Positions 21,657-31,237 of a DNA stretch of 64,000 nucleotides are shown in pieces. The notes under the pieces were generated by a model. The model had not been told where the DNA came from. It saw nothing but the letters and a program-made list of their open reading frames with translations, and did no database searches. The stretch spans positions 128,001 through 192,000 of the forward strand of contig CAVZDU010000007.1 in assembly GCA_963774265.1 (NCBI GenBank), read 5' to 3'. The first letter of the stretch is position 1, and the number at the start of each line of letters is the position of its first letter. The DNA comes from an uncultured Chloroflexia bacterium (lineage in GTDB: Bacteria > Chloroflexota > Anaerolineae > CG2-30-64-16). The translations under genes were made by a program, and so were the position numbers.

Positions 21657-22346
21657 ATGGAAATCGCTCCGGGGATTCATAGTTTGGGGCAGACGAAAGG
21701 CGCGTATGTGCACGCGTACCTGGTCGACACGGGAAATGGACTTCTCCTGATCGACACTCTCTACGACACGGACGCCCGGCAGATCCTGGCTCTCATCGAA
21801 AAACTTGGGCGCACGGCCAAAGACCTCCAGCATATCGTCATGACTCACGCCCACCGTTCGCACTTGGGCGGTCTAGCGCTTCTTAAGGCGCTGAGTGGAG
21901 CACCGGTGTACGCTCACGAGTGGGAATCCGATCTGATATCGGGCGACCGGTCGGCACAGCAGGTGTCGTGGCGGCCCCAACCTGCCTATCGCACCTACAT
22001 TTATCAGGTCGCCAATAACCTAAACCTCACGCATCACCCACCTGCTGATGTGGACCACTTCATTCATGAAGGTGATCGGGTAGGGCCTTTGCACGTAATG
22101 CACACGCCGGGTCATTCACCCGGTCATCTCGCGTTTTATTGGCCCGAGCGCCGCGTTCTGTTCTCAGGGGATGCCATTGTGGCGTGGCCGCGGTTCGAAT
22201 TGGGGTGGCCTGGCTTCCTCCTCAACAAACGCGCCCATCAAAAGTCACTTCGCAAAATGGCGGAACTAGATACCGAGCTCTTGTGCACGGGACACGGCGA
22301 ACCGATCACGAGAGATGCTGCAGCACGTATTCGTGAGGCATTGTGA
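21657..22346 (+). CDS. Metallo-beta-lactamase-fold hydrolase
   Basis: THAHRSHLGG (variant of HxHxDH), TPGHSPGH, FSGD, TGHG. Confidence 0.85.
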   Translation: MEIAPGIHSLGQTKGAYVHAYLVDTGNGLLLIDTLYDTDARQILALIEKLGRTAKDLQHIVMTHAHRSHLGGLALLKALSGAPVYAHEWESDLISGDRSAQQVSWRPQPAYRTYIYQVANNLNLTHHPPADVDHFIHEGDRVGPLHVMHTPGHSPGHLAFYWPERRVLFSGDAIVAWPRFELGWPGFLLNKRAHQKSLRKMAELDTELLCTGHGEPITRDAAARIREAL

Positions 22347-22360
22347 GAGGGTAGACACAA

Positions 22361-23203
22361 ATGGTTTCGATACCACGATCGTTGCGTCTTTGGGGATTGA
22401 TCGGCGCCGCTGTCGCTGCGGCCTTCTCAATCTGGATGTTCTTTTTCCCGCAGTTCATCCCGATTCACTTCGCCTGGACCGTCGAACCGCGTATGGCGCA
22501 GGCATTCATCGGAGCCGGCTACCTGTTTCGCACCTATTTCTTCCTGTTGTTTGTGTTCGCAACCGACTGGCGCCTCCTGCGCTGGTCATATCACGGCAAC
22601 CTCCTTTTCACCGGCGCGCTCCTGTTGGCAACGCTTTGGCACGCCCAGGAGATGCATTGGCGCAGTCTGGTGGGCCACCTCTGGATTGTTTTCTATACCA
22701 TGGAGCCGGTCGTTATGCATTTCGCCATCCCGCGCGGAGAAGCGGACCGGGGGACCCCCACCACTGCCGGCGGGCCGATTCTGCCCTGGTTCCGACGCTT
22801 TTTGATCGTTGAGGTGGCTGTCACCGGCCTGTTCGGCCTGGCGTTGATCATCAATCCTGAATGGCTGAATGCTCGATGGCCGTGGGAACTCAATCCATTC
22901 GATGCAAGAATCGTGTCAGCGTGGTGGGTGGGTTGGGCCGGCTGGGCGGCCGCGATGGCTCAAGCGCATGACTGGGGCGAAGTCCGTCTCGCGGCGATCG
23001 GTAACCTGATCTTCGGTGCTGCCCTCACTGTGGTGAATTTCGTTTTCATCCGAGACTTCAACCATGCACATCCAACCGTTTGGGCATACATCATTGGGGT
23101 CATGATTTTGACGGTTGGGATGGCCTTCTTCTTCTGGCAGCAGGAGAGACGGCGACCCACGCACGGCGCGGCAGCGCCGCGAAGCCTGCTGCCGCCGCGT
23201 TGA
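22361..23203 (+). CDS. Integral membrane protein with an internal two-fold repeat
   Basis: About 8 TM helices; FAWTVEP..A.FIGA and WPWELNP..ARIVSA halves. Confidence 0.7.
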   Translation: MVSIPRSLRLWGLIGAAVAAAFSIWMFFFPQFIPIHFAWTVEPRMAQAFIGAGYLFRTYFFLLFVFATDWRLLRWSYHGNLLFTGALLLATLWHAQEMHWRSLVGHLWIVFYTMEPVVMHFAIPRGEADRGTPTTAGGPILPWFRRFLIVEVAVTGLFGLALIINPEWLNARWPWELNPFDARIVSAWWVGWAGWAAAMAQAHDWGEVRLAAIGNLIFGAALTVVNFVFIRDFNHAHPTVWAYIIGVMILTVGMAFFFWQQERRRPTHGAAAPRSLLPPR

Positions 23204-23215
23204 GTTGATGAGGTT

Positions 23216-24907
23216 CTAACCTGCACCGCTCCCTCCGCCGCCGCCTGCGCCACCACCGCCCGCGCCCCCAGCCCCACTGGAACCGACGGACTGCGCTGCA
23301 GACGTCATGGCGATGAACGACGCAACGCCTCCATCTCCCGCATCGGCCACGGCTCGAAACCAGGTGGGGATCTCGGCCCCGCCGCGCTTCTGGAACGCCT
23401 TTGCCCATCCTTCCGCAAGGCCGAACGCGGTCGCGTACGGCAGGTAGCTGTCGAAAAGCTTCAAATCCCACGCGGGTTCGCGACCCTTCACCACATCTTT
23501 AAGGTATTTCTGGAATCCTTTCCACCTTGCCGCCTCCCGCTCACCCTCGTCAGAGAGAGGTGAGTAGGCGGCTGCCAGGATAAACGCGGCGATGCCCATC
23601 AGGAAGACAACTGCGACCAGCAGGAACGGCCAGCCGCCTACTCGTGGCATGAAAACCACACCCAACGCGCCGAGCGGAATGATCGTAAGCAGCAGCCCCA
23701 CCCCAATAAGCATGAATCGTTTGGCAGTCGCCTGACGCTCGGGATCGATCAATCGTGCCGCCAAAAGCTCCTCAGTCAGCGGCTGCGAGAAGCGACTTAG
23801 CTTGGTGGTCAGCCGCGTGCCTACATCAGACAACTTGATCGTATTTGTTCGGCCTGCCTTCTGCATGAACAGGAGGTCAAGGAGCCCTTGCTCGTGGGGC
23901 CGCAGATCACGCGGCGCGGGATCCACCAACCGCACGCTAAACTCGTGCGGGCGATACCAGTGCTTTTCGAGGGACTCTTCGATGACAAGGACACCGCGTT
24001 GAGCGAGACTAAACAGGGCGCCCAGAGCTTGGGTCGCGCCGGGCTTTGCATCTGCCGCCACCAGGGTGCCTGCGATTGCGGACGGCGTTTGATCGGGTAG
24101 AACGGAGGATCGCAGCGCGGCGGAGCCGAGAGCCGTCTCAGGCCGCCGCCCCCGTGCCCATACCGCCCACAATGCCGCAATGCCGGCCGCCAGCAGCGCC
24201 CCTGCCGCAACCAGGAAACCCGGCATGGCTTCCTGAGCCGCCGCGGCACGCGTCTGCCACACGGGCGGGGCGGCGATCAGTGAGCCGCTGGGGAAGGGCA
24301 GTGCCACGGTCAAAGGAGTTTTTGACTTGATATCCCGCGTGCTCCAGGTCACCTGGCCAGCCCCTTGGGTTACCTGTGCAGCGCCCCGGCGCACCTCAGG
24401 CGGGCCGCTGGGCTGAAGGCCGGGTGGGAAAGTGAGGCGCACGGTGGTTGACGCGATGTCGTATTCGTAGTCGGTGGGCAATGCGTTCCACCAAAACAGG
24501 TCCGCGTGCCCCTCCGACCGGATCACGCCGAAGATGTTATACCTGAGCTGGAACGTGTGATTGGAATCTGAGGTAGGTGCGAAATGCCAGGTCACTTTGA
24601 TGGGGTTGTCCCCGTCGATCTCCACCTGGCCAGCTTGCGTTCCTTGCGCCAAGGGCTGCCCATCCAGGCTGGCCTCGATGCCCCAGATGCCGTCGGAGTA
24701 GTCTGTTGGCAGATCACGATAGACATAGGTGAACGGTCCACCCTCGAATCTAAAAACGACTGTCTCGGTGACTTCGAGAAGGCCACTCTCCGTCAGGTTC
24801 CAGTCGACATCGAACCGTTCTGCGGAATAGCTCTTCGCCGCCCCAACTGAGAGGGGGACTGCACAGAGCAAAAGCACAGCCAACCACAGGAATAGTCGCT
24901 TGAACAT
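23216..24907 (-). CDS. DUF2207 family membrane protein
   Basis: Signal peptide, EVTETV, WKGFQKYL, YLPYATAFG, Gly-rich tail. Confidence 0.9.
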   Translation of the reverse strand: MFKRLFLWLAVLLLCAVPLSVGAAKSYSAERFDVDWNLTESGLLEVTETVVFRFEGGPFTYVYRDLPTDYSDGIWGIEASLDGQPLAQGTQAGQVEIDGDNPIKVTWHFAPTSDSNHTFQLRYNIFGVIRSEGHADLFWWNALPTDYEYDIASTTVRLTFPPGLQPSGPPEVRRGAAQVTQGAGQVTWSTRDIKSKTPLTVALPFPSGSLIAAPPVWQTRAAAAQEAMPGFLVAAGALLAAGIAALWAVWARGRRPETALGSAALRSSVLPDQTPSAIAGTLVAADAKPGATQALGALFSLAQRGVLVIEESLEKHWYRPHEFSVRLVDPAPRDLRPHEQGLLDLLFMQKAGRTNTIKLSDVGTRLTTKLSRFSQPLTEELLAARLIDPERQATAKRFMLIGVGLLLTIIPLGALGVVFMPRVGGWPFLLVAVVFLMGIAAFILAAAYSPLSDEGEREAARWKGFQKYLKDVVKGREPAWDLKLFDSYLPYATAFGLAEGWAKAFQKRGGAEIPTWFRAVADAGDGGVASFIAMTSAAQSVGSSGAGGAGGGGAGGGGGSGAG

Positions 24908-25066
24908 GGGGTCCTCCTCTTAGCGAGTTGTCCAACCGACCTCATTATAGCGCCTGGGTTCGTCATATGATATGACGAAGGACATCCCTCAGCATACTTG
25001 AACCGCGTGCGACCCTCTGGTGAGAATAATTAGCTTTCTTGATGAACCGCGCGTCTTTCGTCTAGC

Positions 25067-26368
25067 CAGGGTGATTTCATAGTGCGGGTGCGCCGAATAA
25101 ATGCAGGGCGCGTTGCGGATGGGCTGCGTAGCAACGGGTGGCGGCGGCGAGATTGCTCCAACCGTGGAAGCGCAGGGTGGAGATGACGGCATTGCGAATG
25201 GCCGCCAGGGCCTGGGCCGCGGTGCCGGTATGCACTTGACAGCGATCTTCACCGAAGGTCCCGTCCCGCACGTAGTGCAGGCGATTCTCGATGGTCCAGT
25301 GGCCGCGCCAGACCTGCTCCAACTGGTCCGGACCCGCCCAGGCGGCCGGCAAACTGGTCAACCCATAAGTGACCTCGGTTTCGTATTTGCCGGTGCGCTC
25401 GTGAATGCGGCGGCAAGTGCGCCGCAGCACTTGGGCTACGCCTGGCCAAGTCAGATATGCATTCAGGGCCGTGGTCGTGACCAGTGTCCGCCGCTCCCAG
25501 CGCCCATGCGCCTTGTCGGTCGTACGGTGGGACGCGCACTCGCCCGATTGGCGCGGCAGCGGTGGTTCGTCAAAGACCAACTGGGCGGCCCAGTAGAGCG
25601 TCGGCTGATTCTTCTTGAGGATCATCAGGTAGTGGCCCCCCTGATCCAGGATTTGTTGGGCGAGGTGGCGCTGCGTCAGCAGGGCATCCATCGTGGTGAT
25701 GGTGCCGGTCAGATCGCGACCGGCCAACAAGATCGGAACGGCCGTGATCTCATTGGTTTTGACATCCACGGCCGCTTGGCCCAGGACATAGGCGCTCTCA
25801 TGGCGCACGAGACTGACCAGAAAGGTATGCTGCCCGTGGGCGCTGGCCCCGCGCACATCCTTGCCGTCGACCGCCTGGGCGCGCAGCACCTGACCCTGGC
25901 GGAGCCGAATGGCGCCGCAGGTGACATCCGCCTGATCGAGCGCCTGATGGTACGCCGCCACTTGCTGCTCCAGGCTGTACATGTCGATGTGGGCCACCAA
26001 CCGCCGCCAGGTCGCCGCACTGGGCAGGCGGGGACAGGCCGGCTGCAGGGTGGTCAACAGCTCGCTGCGCTGGTCACGCGCCCAACCGACCATCGCCAGC
26101 ACGCTCGTTTGGCCGGCTGCCATTGCCGCCGCCAGCAACGCCAACAGATACGTCCAGGCAAAGCGGCGGCCGCGGGTACAGCGAAAGTCAGGAACTTGGC
26201 TCAGGTAGGCCAGCAAGGTAGACTGCAGTGGATCCATCGGGACGAACCTCCTTGTGATTGCTGTCACTGAGATTCTAACCGATGGATCCTTGCCTGGCCC
26301 ACGTGTGGATGCCGAATTGCCACAAGCGCTGCTACCTGCCGCCTCGGCCGCAACATGACTTCGCCCTG
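25067..26368 (-). mobile_element. ISAs1-family insertion sequence, complete (1302 bp)
   Basis: Imperfect TIRs CAGGGTGATTTCAT / CAGGGCGAAGTCAT; 9-bp TSD TCGTCTAGC at 25058-25066 and 26369-26377. Confidence 0.9.
25077..26237 (-). CDS. ISAs1-family transposase
   Basis: AVDGK, KTNEI, TMDALLTQ, HGRWERR, RGHWTIENRLHYVRD..EDR; AGGAGG RBS. Confidence 0.95.
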   Translation of the reverse strand: MDPLQSTLLAYLSQVPDFRCTRGRRFAWTYLLALLAAAMAAGQTSVLAMVGWARDQRSELLTTLQPACPRLPSAATWRRLVAHIDMYSLEQQVAAYHQALDQADVTCGAIRLRQGQVLRAQAVDGKDVRGASAHGQHTFLVSLVRHESAYVLGQAAVDVKTNEITAVPILLAGRDLTGTITTMDALLTQRHLAQQILDQGGHYLMILKKNQPTLYWAAQLVFDEPPLPRQSGECASHRTTDKAHGRWERRTLVTTTALNAYLTWPGVAQVLRRTCRRIHERTGKYETEVTYGLTSLPAAWAGPDQLEQVWRGHWTIENRLHYVRDGTFGEDRCQVHTGTAAQALAAIRNAVISTLRFHGWSNLAAATRCYAAHPQRALHLFGAPAL

Positions 26369-26386
26369 TCGTCTAGCGAAAACGTC

Positions 26387-26415
26387 TTGATTTCTAGCTG
26401 CGGCAGGAATATAAT
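26387..26415 (+). promoter_or_regulatory. Sigma70-type promoter of the LysM gene
   Basis: TTGATT-17 bp-TATAAT just outside the IS end. Confidence 0.6.
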
Positions 26416-26452
26416 GAAACTCGGTAGCCATTCAAAGAGGGAGGATCGTTCG

Positions 26453-26899
26453 ATGAGACGCGTCTATGGTTTGCTCACCGTCGTCGCGGTCGTTGCCATG
26501 TTGCTCGTCGCTGTACCTGCTTCTGCGGCCCCGGCATCCTCTGCCGGCGGATCAGGATGCGACCAGTTCTACACGTTCCGGAGGGGCGATACGCTTTTCC
26601 GCATTGCCACGCACTTTGGCACCTCGGCTTGGGCGCTCGCCAACTTGAACGGCATCCACAACCCCGACCGAATTTACGCGGGCCAGACTATTTGCGTGCG
26701 GGCCGGCGGCATGCATGATGGCGGCGACCATCAAGGCGGAAAGCCGCATGAATCCAGGTACACAGTCAAGTGCGGAGACACGCTCTACTCCATCGCCAGG
26801 CGGTTCGGCGTGAGCGTGGATGCGCTGGCCAGGATCAACCACATTTGGAACCCGGACCGGATTTACGCGGGCCAGGTGATCCTGATTCCCCGCCGCTAG
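26453..26899 (+). CDS. Secreted protein with two LysM domains
   Basis: Signal peptide; GDTLFRIA..NPDRIYAGQ twice. Confidence 0.92.
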   Translation: MRRVYGLLTVVAVVAMLLVAVPASAAPASSAGGSGCDQFYTFRRGDTLFRIATHFGTSAWALANLNGIHNPDRIYAGQTICVRAGGMHDGGDHQGGKPHESRYTVKCGDTLYSIARRFGVSVDALARINHIWNPDRIYAGQVILIPRR

Positions 26900-26997
26900 A
26901 CGCGTGCCCGTGACAAAGCAGATTTTCTGCTGAATCCATCGTATCCTCCGGTTGTAGGGCTGCGACAGAATCAGCGCAGCGATCAACAACCGGAGGA

Positions 26998-27915
26998 TTA
27001 TGATGCCTCCGCGCTGAGCGCCTCCGCGATCCGGAAAAACCCCGGCGGCACAGCGCCGCCATCCTCGATGTCCCAACACGCCGACAATAGGGTTGCAACG
27101 AATGCACACGCGGCCAGTCGCTGGCGGTCGAGCGCGAGGTGATCGGCCAGCAGGTCAAGACGCCGGGCAGTCACTCGCCGAATGTCAGGCCACGATAGCA
27201 CCCGGGGCACTGGGTTATAAACAAGCGGACCCACCTCGAACGCGGGCTCTGCTGCTACGCCCTTCGGGTCGATCGCCAGCCATGGCTCACGTTCTGCTTG
27301 GAGGATGTTCCAGTGATGGAAGTCGCCGTGGATGAGCGTAGGTGGCGGTTGTGAGGCAAGGAGGTCGGCCAGCAAGTCGTTGGAGCGGGCAACAAGCAGC
27401 GCAGGCAGTGCATTGCCTCTTGGAGGGCTTTGCTCTGCATACCGCCGCAGGCTGCGTGTCCATCGTCGCAAATCGGGGAATGGGTGGCCGGCGCTCAAGG
27501 GGCGCCACAGACGGCGCATGACATCTGCAGCAATCATCGTGGCAGCATCGTCATCGCCTAAGTGCGCCAGGGGCATGCCTGGCCGTACTCGCTCCATCAG
27601 AAGAATGCCGTCCGTGGCATCCGCATCGAACAACTGCACCGCGCCTGCACCGTCATAATACCGCAGCGCCTCGATCTCGGTCGTCAACTCCGGGTTTGGC
27701 ACGCCGAGCTTGAGCACCGCCTCGGCGCCGTTGGGTAGCCGAACCGGCGCCACATAGTTGTAGGACAGGGAAAACGCGGGCAGCACCCGCAACCCCCAAC
27801 GCTCCTCACACTCGGTGATCAGCGCCGGAAGCCGCTTCAAAAAAACGGGCCCGGCCTCCGGCCAAGCCCCTGTGACTGTGGCTGTGAACGCTTGGGGTAG
27901 TGTAGACAGGCGCAT
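26998..27915 (-). CDS. Aminoglycoside/hydroxyurea phosphotransferase family kinase (APH(6)-like)
   Basis: SYNYVAP, AVLKL, HGDFHHWNIL, WLAIDPKG. Confidence 0.85.
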   Translation of the reverse strand: MRLSTLPQAFTATVTGAWPEAGPVFLKRLPALITECEERWGLRVLPAFSLSYNYVAPVRLPNGAEAVLKLGVPNPELTTEIEALRYYDGAGAVQLFDADATDGILLMERVRPGMPLAHLGDDDAATMIAADVMRRLWRPLSAGHPFPDLRRWTRSLRRYAEQSPPRGNALPALLVARSNDLLADLLASQPPPTLIHGDFHHWNILQAEREPWLAIDPKGVAAEPAFEVGPLVYNPVPRVLSWPDIRRVTARRLDLLADHLALDRQRLAACAFVATLLSACWDIEDGGAVPPGFFRIAEALSAEAS

Positions 27916-27916
27916 A

Positions 27917-28660
27917 CTAGCAGACGATAAGGTCGTCGATCCGCAATTCGATGCCATCCGATGGGAGTTGGATCACAAGGCGATGCTTCCCAGGAGGAAT
28001 GCCAGGAAGGGAGAAGGCGCCAAGATCATCCACCGATGCGATGGATGTGATTGCTTTCCCTATCTCGATTCTTGCAGTCACGCCGGCGAAATCCGAGGCG
28101 CCTGCGATCGATCCAACGATCTGGCGCGTGTTTCGGCCCAGTCGCTCAGACCGATTCTTGAGTGTCACCAGGACATGCTCGGCATCATATACCAGCGGTG
28201 CATCGCCTGCGGAGGGAGCGTCTCCGCGCAAGGCAGGTGCAAGCATCCCCGCACCGCGGTCCAGTGTCAAGCTAGACAAGCGCGCATGCACGGTGCGCAG
28301 CATCCCAACACCGTCTATTACTCCGCCGCAGTCACTTGATCGGGCGAGGTCCGCCACAAACGCGTCGAGCGCGGCCAACTCCGCTCGACATGTCGGGCAG
28401 TACGGCAGGTGTGCTGACACCTCGCTTGCCCGCTCTTCGGTGAGCAGGCCCAGGCGAAATTCGCCCAGTTCGAGAGACCGAGGGCAGCCGGTGCGGTAGA
28501 GCAGAGCCTGTAACATGAGTTGCTCGCGTACAAGGGCGTTAGCCCGCGCCCGGCACGTTGGGCAAGCTGACAGATGATTCACAATCTCGACGCTCGTTAA
28601 CTCATCCGCATAGGCGAGAAGCTCAAAATCGTCTGGCGTGGCAGGGCCTATGCAGGGCAC
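27917..28660 (-). CDS. Putative cytoplasmic zinc-binding anti-sigma factor
   Basis: Two HxxxCxxC motifs (HLSACPTC, HLPYCPTC); directly downstream of the sigma gene. Confidence 0.7.
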   Translation of the reverse strand: MPCIGPATPDDFELLAYADELTSVEIVNHLSACPTCRARANALVREQLMLQALLYRTGCPRSLELGEFRLGLLTEERASEVSAHLPYCPTCRAELAALDAFVADLARSSDCGGVIDGVGMLRTVHARLSSLTLDRGAGMLAPALRGDAPSAGDAPLVYDAEHVLVTLKNRSERLGRNTRQIVGSIAGASDFAGVTARIEIGKAITSIASVDDLGAFSLPGIPPGKHRLVIQLPSDGIELRIDDLIVC

Positions 28661-28726
28661 GTCTGATTCCTTTCCATTGCGCTTGATTCGGCGATCTACC
28701 TGACTTAACGTCTGGACAGCGTGTTT

Positions 28727-29419
28727 TCAGGCATACGGAGCCAGGTATTTCCGAAGCGTGCTGTCTCGCCGCAGCCGCTCCAATACGTTTTGTTTGGTGC
28801 GATAGACTTCCTGCACGGTGGCAAATGTGCCAGGGAAAGCGGGCGGGATCTCCGCAGGTTTCATCGCCAGCCCGAAGCAAGCGTGGAGCACCACGCGCTC
28901 CTTCTCGTTCTGCAGCCGCCCATCGACAGCCTGCCAGAATTCGGTACGCTCCGCATCGGAGAGCGGCGAGTCGAGCGCTTGGGGCTCGTATGGCGGCGAG
29001 TCTTCGTCTCTGCCGTCCAGGGATACTGTCTGTTGGGTGAGTCGTAAGTGGTCGACGATGCTCGAGTGGACGCACAACTGGAGGTAGCGCAACAGCGCTT
29101 TGAGATCGGGAAAGCGTCCGAACCGTGCGGGTGGAATCGCCATCCAGAGCTTGCTGAACGCGTCATTTACAAAGTACGAGGCGTCCTCTTCAGAACGTGC
29201 GAAGCCTGAGTGCCGATGGACCCAATGATCCACGAGACCGCTGTAGTTGCTCACCAAAAGTTCGAACGCGTCGGAATCCCGTCGCTCCAGCGAACGGCGG
29301 AACAACTCATAGCAGAAGCGAGTGTCGTGAGCGAGGCGGTGAAAGAAGCGCTCTGTCTCCTCACGGCAGCGGCGCACAACCTCAGCCAGCGACGCCGGCA
29401 TCTCAGGTTCGTGCGACAT
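28727..29419 (-). CDS. ECF-type sigma-70 factor
   Basis: Region-2-like AFELLV..VNDAFSKLW..YLQLCVHSSIVDHLR and a region-4-like C-terminus. Confidence 0.75.
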   Translation of the reverse strand: MSHEPEMPASLAEVVRRCREETERFFHRLAHDTRFCYELFRRSLERRDSDAFELLVSNYSGLVDHWVHRHSGFARSEEDASYFVNDAFSKLWMAIPPARFGRFPDLKALLRYLQLCVHSSIVDHLRLTQQTVSLDGRDEDSPPYEPQALDSPLSDAERTEFWQAVDGRLQNEKERVVLHACFGLAMKPAEIPPAFPGTFATVQEVYRTKQNVLERLRRDSTLRKYLAPYA

Positions 29420-29505
29420 AGCAAATCTCCAGACCGATGTGCGCGACAACAGTTGGACGTTAGTATAAGGATGAGCCAGCGCTAAGTCAACCGGCCTATT
29501 GAATC

Positions 29506-30066
29506 CTAGCTGCCGGTGAGCCACAGGAGAGCGATGGCAATGGCGGCGGCCCAAGGCATGAGTTTGAACTCGCCCTGCCTGAGTGCGGCCCGCGCTTCGG
29601 CTTGCGTCAGGAACAGCATTTCTTGCTCCTCGAGGTCGTCGCTGGCTGGCGCAGTGACGCACCGGGCGCCGCGCGCCAGGAAGAAATGACCGCTGCCCAC
29701 GCCACGATTGCCATCCACGGGATACGAGCCCAGCGAAACCCATTCGGTTGCTTCGTAGCCGGTCTCTTCGCGCAACTCGCGCTGTGCCGAGGCAAGCGCC
29801 TCCTCGCCAGGCTCCTGATATCCTCCGACGATGGCAAGGCTGGGCCCATCGAGTGCGTACTTAACCTGACGGAAGCACAGCAAGTGTCCATCGTCCGTCT
29901 CGGCCACGACGTTCACGTAGTCCGGGGTGATGATCCAGGCCCAATCATCGATTACCTTGCCGTTGGGCCACTCCACCTGGTGTAATTCCACCCGCAGAAA
30001 CTTCCCGCCATCCAGGATCGTGCGCCGGGCGTGCGTCTTTGGCTCTGCAAGCTTGTGGTTGCTCAT
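29506..30066 (-). CDS. NUDIX hydrolase (ADP-ribose pyrophosphatase-like)
   Basis: GYQEPGEEALASAQRELREETGY Nudix box. Confidence 0.9.
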   Translation of the reverse strand: MSNHKLAEPKTHARRTILDGGKFLRVELHQVEWPNGKVIDDWAWIITPDYVNVVAETDDGHLLCFRQVKYALDGPSLAIVGGYQEPGEEALASAQRELREETGYEATEWVSLGSYPVDGNRGVGSGHFFLARGARCVTAPASDDLEEQEMLFLTQAEARAALRQGEFKLMPWAAAIAIALLWLTGS

Positions 30067-30208
30067 AGCCTTCTTCCGATGAAATGGTGTGGCAAAAGTT
30101 TAACCTTGATGCCCGTATTCAAGCAAATGTTCCTGCGTTGTTAGTATTGTATGGGGTTTCATACGCGCAGCCCCAGCATGACGGCAGCTTTTCCTGGGAG
30201 GAAACCGT

Positions 30209-30463
30209 ATGAACAAGCATGACAGCGCGGTATGGCGCAAACGGCCTCGTGACGGTCACCCGTTCGATCGGCTGAATCGCGCCGAGCTAAAGGTAATGCA
30301 GCAACTCACGATCGATGGCTCGAATGGAGAAATTGCACGGCATCTCGATCTGCCGGAGCAGGCAGTGCGGGACCACGTCCTCCAGATTCTTGAGAAGCTG
30401 GAGCTTGCGAATCGGGGTGAGGCCACGCGCCTGGCTCGACAAAACGGTCTGCGCGCGATGTAG
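30209..30463 (+). CDS. Stand-alone LuxR-type HTH protein
   Basis: LNRAELKVM..GSNGEIARHL..VRDHVLQILEKLELANR. Confidence 0.75.
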   Translation: MNKHDSAVWRKRPRDGHPFDRLNRAELKVMQQLTIDGSNGEIARHLDLPEQAVRDHVLQILEKLELANRGEATRLARQNGLRAM

Positions 30464-30484
30464 CTGAGCTAACAAAACACAACG

Positions 30485-30528
30485 AAAAGGCCTGGCGAGC
30501 AGCAACCTGCCCGCCAGGCCTTTTGTTT
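30485..30528. terminator. Bidirectional rho-independent terminator
   Basis: AAAAGGCCTGGCG...CGCCAGGCCTTTT between convergent genes. Confidence 0.8.
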
Positions 30529-30544
30529 GCCTGTCAAATCAGCA

Positions 30545-30724
30545 TTATGGTGTCGTATCCTCGTCCGCTGCGATCTCCTCCTCTTTGGGCCTGAAACGCC
30601 GCGCAACCAGGAAGATCACCACACCGAGGACCACGCTCAGGATTGCCAGCGTGACGGGAATAATCTCATCCCACGCGCCGACCGCACCGTGTGCTAACAC
30701 CGTCAGGAACGACGTATCGATCAT
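30545..30724 (-). CDS. Small single-pass membrane protein
   Basis: LAHGAVGAWDE, a hydrophobic helix and an acidic tail. Confidence 0.5.
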   Translation of the reverse strand: MIDTSFLTVLAHGAVGAWDEIIPVTLAILSVVLGVVIFLVARRFRPKEEEIAADEDTTP

Positions 30725-30786
30725 AGTAATGACGATTGAACCGCTCAATACGCTGTGTGACTGTTGTTGCACTTCCTATTGTGTCG

Positions 30787-31155
30787 CTAATTCCGGGCGA
30801 ACACGCCGATCAGTGCTCCGATGCCGGCCAGGATCAACAGAACGGGCCAGAACAGGCTCCAGTTGAAGTTGAAAAAGAACATGGCGAACACAAACAGCAG
30901 AATGACACCGCCTACCAGTGGTCCCCGCACCGCTGCATCGACCGCGCCGTGTGTCTGGTAGAGTTTCCACGCGGAAGTCAACGAGCCGATGGCCGGTATG
31001 AGGATGAACAGCGCCCACCAATTGCCGAAGTTCAGGCCTGTGAGATTCTGCAGCAGCATGAACACACCGATGACGATGAGGATGCCGCCGAAGACCCAGG
31101 GTGCCGCGTCGCTGCGATGATGCTGCGTCGAGTTGGGTGTTTGGTTATCGTCCAT
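30787..31155 (-). CDS. Small membrane protein (LiaF/DUF5668-like)
   Basis: GGILIVIG..NWWALFILIP..FWPVLLILAG. Confidence 0.7.
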   Translation of the reverse strand: MDDNQTPNSTQHHRSDAAPWVFGGILIVIGVFMLLQNLTGLNFGNWWALFILIPAIGSLTSAWKLYQTHGAVDAAVRGPLVGGVILLFVFAMFFFNFNWSLFWPVLLILAGIGALIGVFARN

Positions 31156-31237
31156 AAGAACCCTCCATGCAATTGCATTTTTAAGCATTCCACTCCTCAT
31201 TACGCTCGTACTGAATCAAGGTTGCATGAGGCTTCTT

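Noticed and set aside
26998-27915. Acquired streptomycin resistance gene
   Set aside because: Only family-level APH(6)-like motifs; embedded in chromosomal context outside the IS boundaries
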